DNA from: Ophelia neglecta
Lineage: Eukaryota
DNA length: 64,000 bases
Direction of reading: 5' to 3'
Assembly: GCA_965285935.1 (NCBI GenBank)
Contig: OZ260661.1
Location: 27,156,001-27,220,000 of the forward strand
Under the pieces are notes generated by a model. It worked only from the letters and a program-made list of their open reading frames with translations, was not told the DNA's origin and did not search any database. A program made the translations under genes and the position numbers. Below, in pieces: positions 62,111 through 64,000 of the stretch (its first letter is position 1; every line of letters begins with the position of its first letter).

Positions 62111-64000
62111 TAATGAGTCTTCCAAAAACAAATCACACCCCCATTTCATGAACATGTCTAGGTCAAAGTTTTTCATCTTTCAGGGAGTATGCCTCCTAAA
62201 GTCAAAAACCTTAATATGAAGTTTTAAATGTGTGAACGTATTTTGCTAAGGTTTATGGATGTTTTCATTTAAAATCACACAGGAAAAGAAAAAAGCTGAT
62301 ACCTGTGATAACTAGTATCAATGTGGCAGCACGGCCAATCAAAGCGGCCCACATATAGTGTCACCGCGCCGTCTGGAGAGCACATCGTAAAATAATTTAC
62401 TATTCCGGAAACAATCACTAAAATAAGAAATTGTGCAGGGAGGAATAAGATTACTACTTTTTTCAACAAAAAAAGAAAGTTGCACACTCATCGATGGGGA
62501 GGTTTGGTGAATGTGTGGGGGTGGAGGGGGGGGGGGGGGGGGCAAAAAAGTTTAAGCAGTCTTAATCCTCTGACGACCTTAAATTTTACTATTTCAAGTA
62601 GAAAACATTTCTAAATATATAGCCCTATGTGTGCATTTATATTTCAGGTCCAAGCAGGGTGGAAAAGAGTCAAACATTTCTAAAACTGTCTTTGTAATTG
62701 CTTTGATTTTGGATGTTACATTAGGTCTTAATTTTGGGTGATTAAGCATTTGCCATTTGTCCACTATTCTGGGTCAAGGAATTCATCTACTGTGACTCGG
62801 AATGTTCTGTGGATCAACTTTTTCAATTTATAGGGATGTGTGAAATAGACTAGCTTCGTTCCCTTAATGATTTGAAATGTCCAGTGTTTAAGATCTGTAT
62901 TTTTTTTTAAACTGGGAATGGGGAGGGGACCCTCCAATATATATATATATATATTAGCCTTTGGTTATTTTTACCAGGTAATATTTGGGTGCCAGCTTGT
63001 TATAAACTATAGTTGGACTTCAGATTTACTGCATACTTACTGGGCATACTGGTAATATCATGTGAATGCAGCTGTTGTTACAAAAAGTACTCCAACCTTT
63101 AAGTGGGGCTGATATTGCTAAAAAAATCGCATAATATTATGTTGCAATACCACCCATTGCCACCAAAAAATATGAAAAAAAAACAGGGGTGTGATACAAA
63201 TATATGAAAGACATTGACTGGCCCAGCTTATTTGCATCAAATTGATGTCATAAATCATAACCTGCAGAAATATTAATATATGTATAAGCTGAAAGTCCAG
63301 CCATCATTTTTTGTTCAATTGAACAAATAAACATTAATAATTATTGGCCTTAAATGTATGAGCGGAGTGAAAAGCTGCTCATGCTCTTGAATATTTCCTC
63401 TAACTCTATTATTATTATAACTATCTTGGTGCAAGTCTATCTATTGGTTTTAGTGTCCAAAGTATTTTTCATTGAGGTTCTGGTGATGTTTGTGTATATT
63501 AGGGGCTGAGAGAGGGGGGGGGGGGTTGCATGGAGAGTACATGATCACCATGGCAGTTCACTGGCATTTACTATAGTATTAAAATGCCCTTTTTGTGTTC
63601 ACCTGAAGTAAAAATGATTTATTCATGCTCAGATGCATGAAGGATCTCCAGTGATTACAATTCAAGGGATTTGAATCTTAAAAATGATTGTTTCATGAAT
63701 CACTGTAAATAAAATTTCCATTTCAAAGTTGACTTCACAAGGATTATTTGTGCCAATCCCAGGTTACACAGTTATATACCCATGCAATTACACATTATGT
63801 ATCCTCTGCAATAAGCTCCCGGGCTCTTATTTATATTGATGTGACCAAAGAATGCTTAAAAACCTAGCGAAAGACACCTAAAAAGTAAAGATTTTATCCA
63901 AGAAATGGAATGAAAGTACTTAGTAACATGGACACTTAAGTAAAGAATATGGTAGGCAGTTTTAATAACCAAGGCGAACCCAGGTTGTGAATTAAAGATT

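Overview
AT-rich, intron-rich animal genomic DNA. It is probably an invertebrate lophotrochozoan, judging from the abundant TACATGTA palindromes and a Meta/MESC-like SINE (inference only). Almost the whole window is one minus-strand gene encoding an ER-anchored kinectin/ribosome-binding protein 1 (KTN1/RRBP1, p180) family protein. I traced 22 GT-AG coding exons with consistent phases from the ATG at 61483 down to 424, about 1744 codons, and the gene continues off the left edge. Exons 1-11 give the conserved family architecture: N-terminal TM helix, Lys-rich segment, KGDP...LKKQLEEKE, and RKKNN|DLRQKNWKAMDAL. Exons 12-22 are a striking run of symmetric phase-0/phase-0 exons that look like duplicated coiled-coil modules. 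They include one 1533-nt exon with internal 21-residue periodicity, so the set could be a splice-tunable, variable-length rod. The introns carry three MITE families, a SINE with a 10-bp TSD, several minisatellites, a perfect 47-bp-arm palindrome, and RFX X-box-like palindromes next to exons. No prokaryotic features are present.
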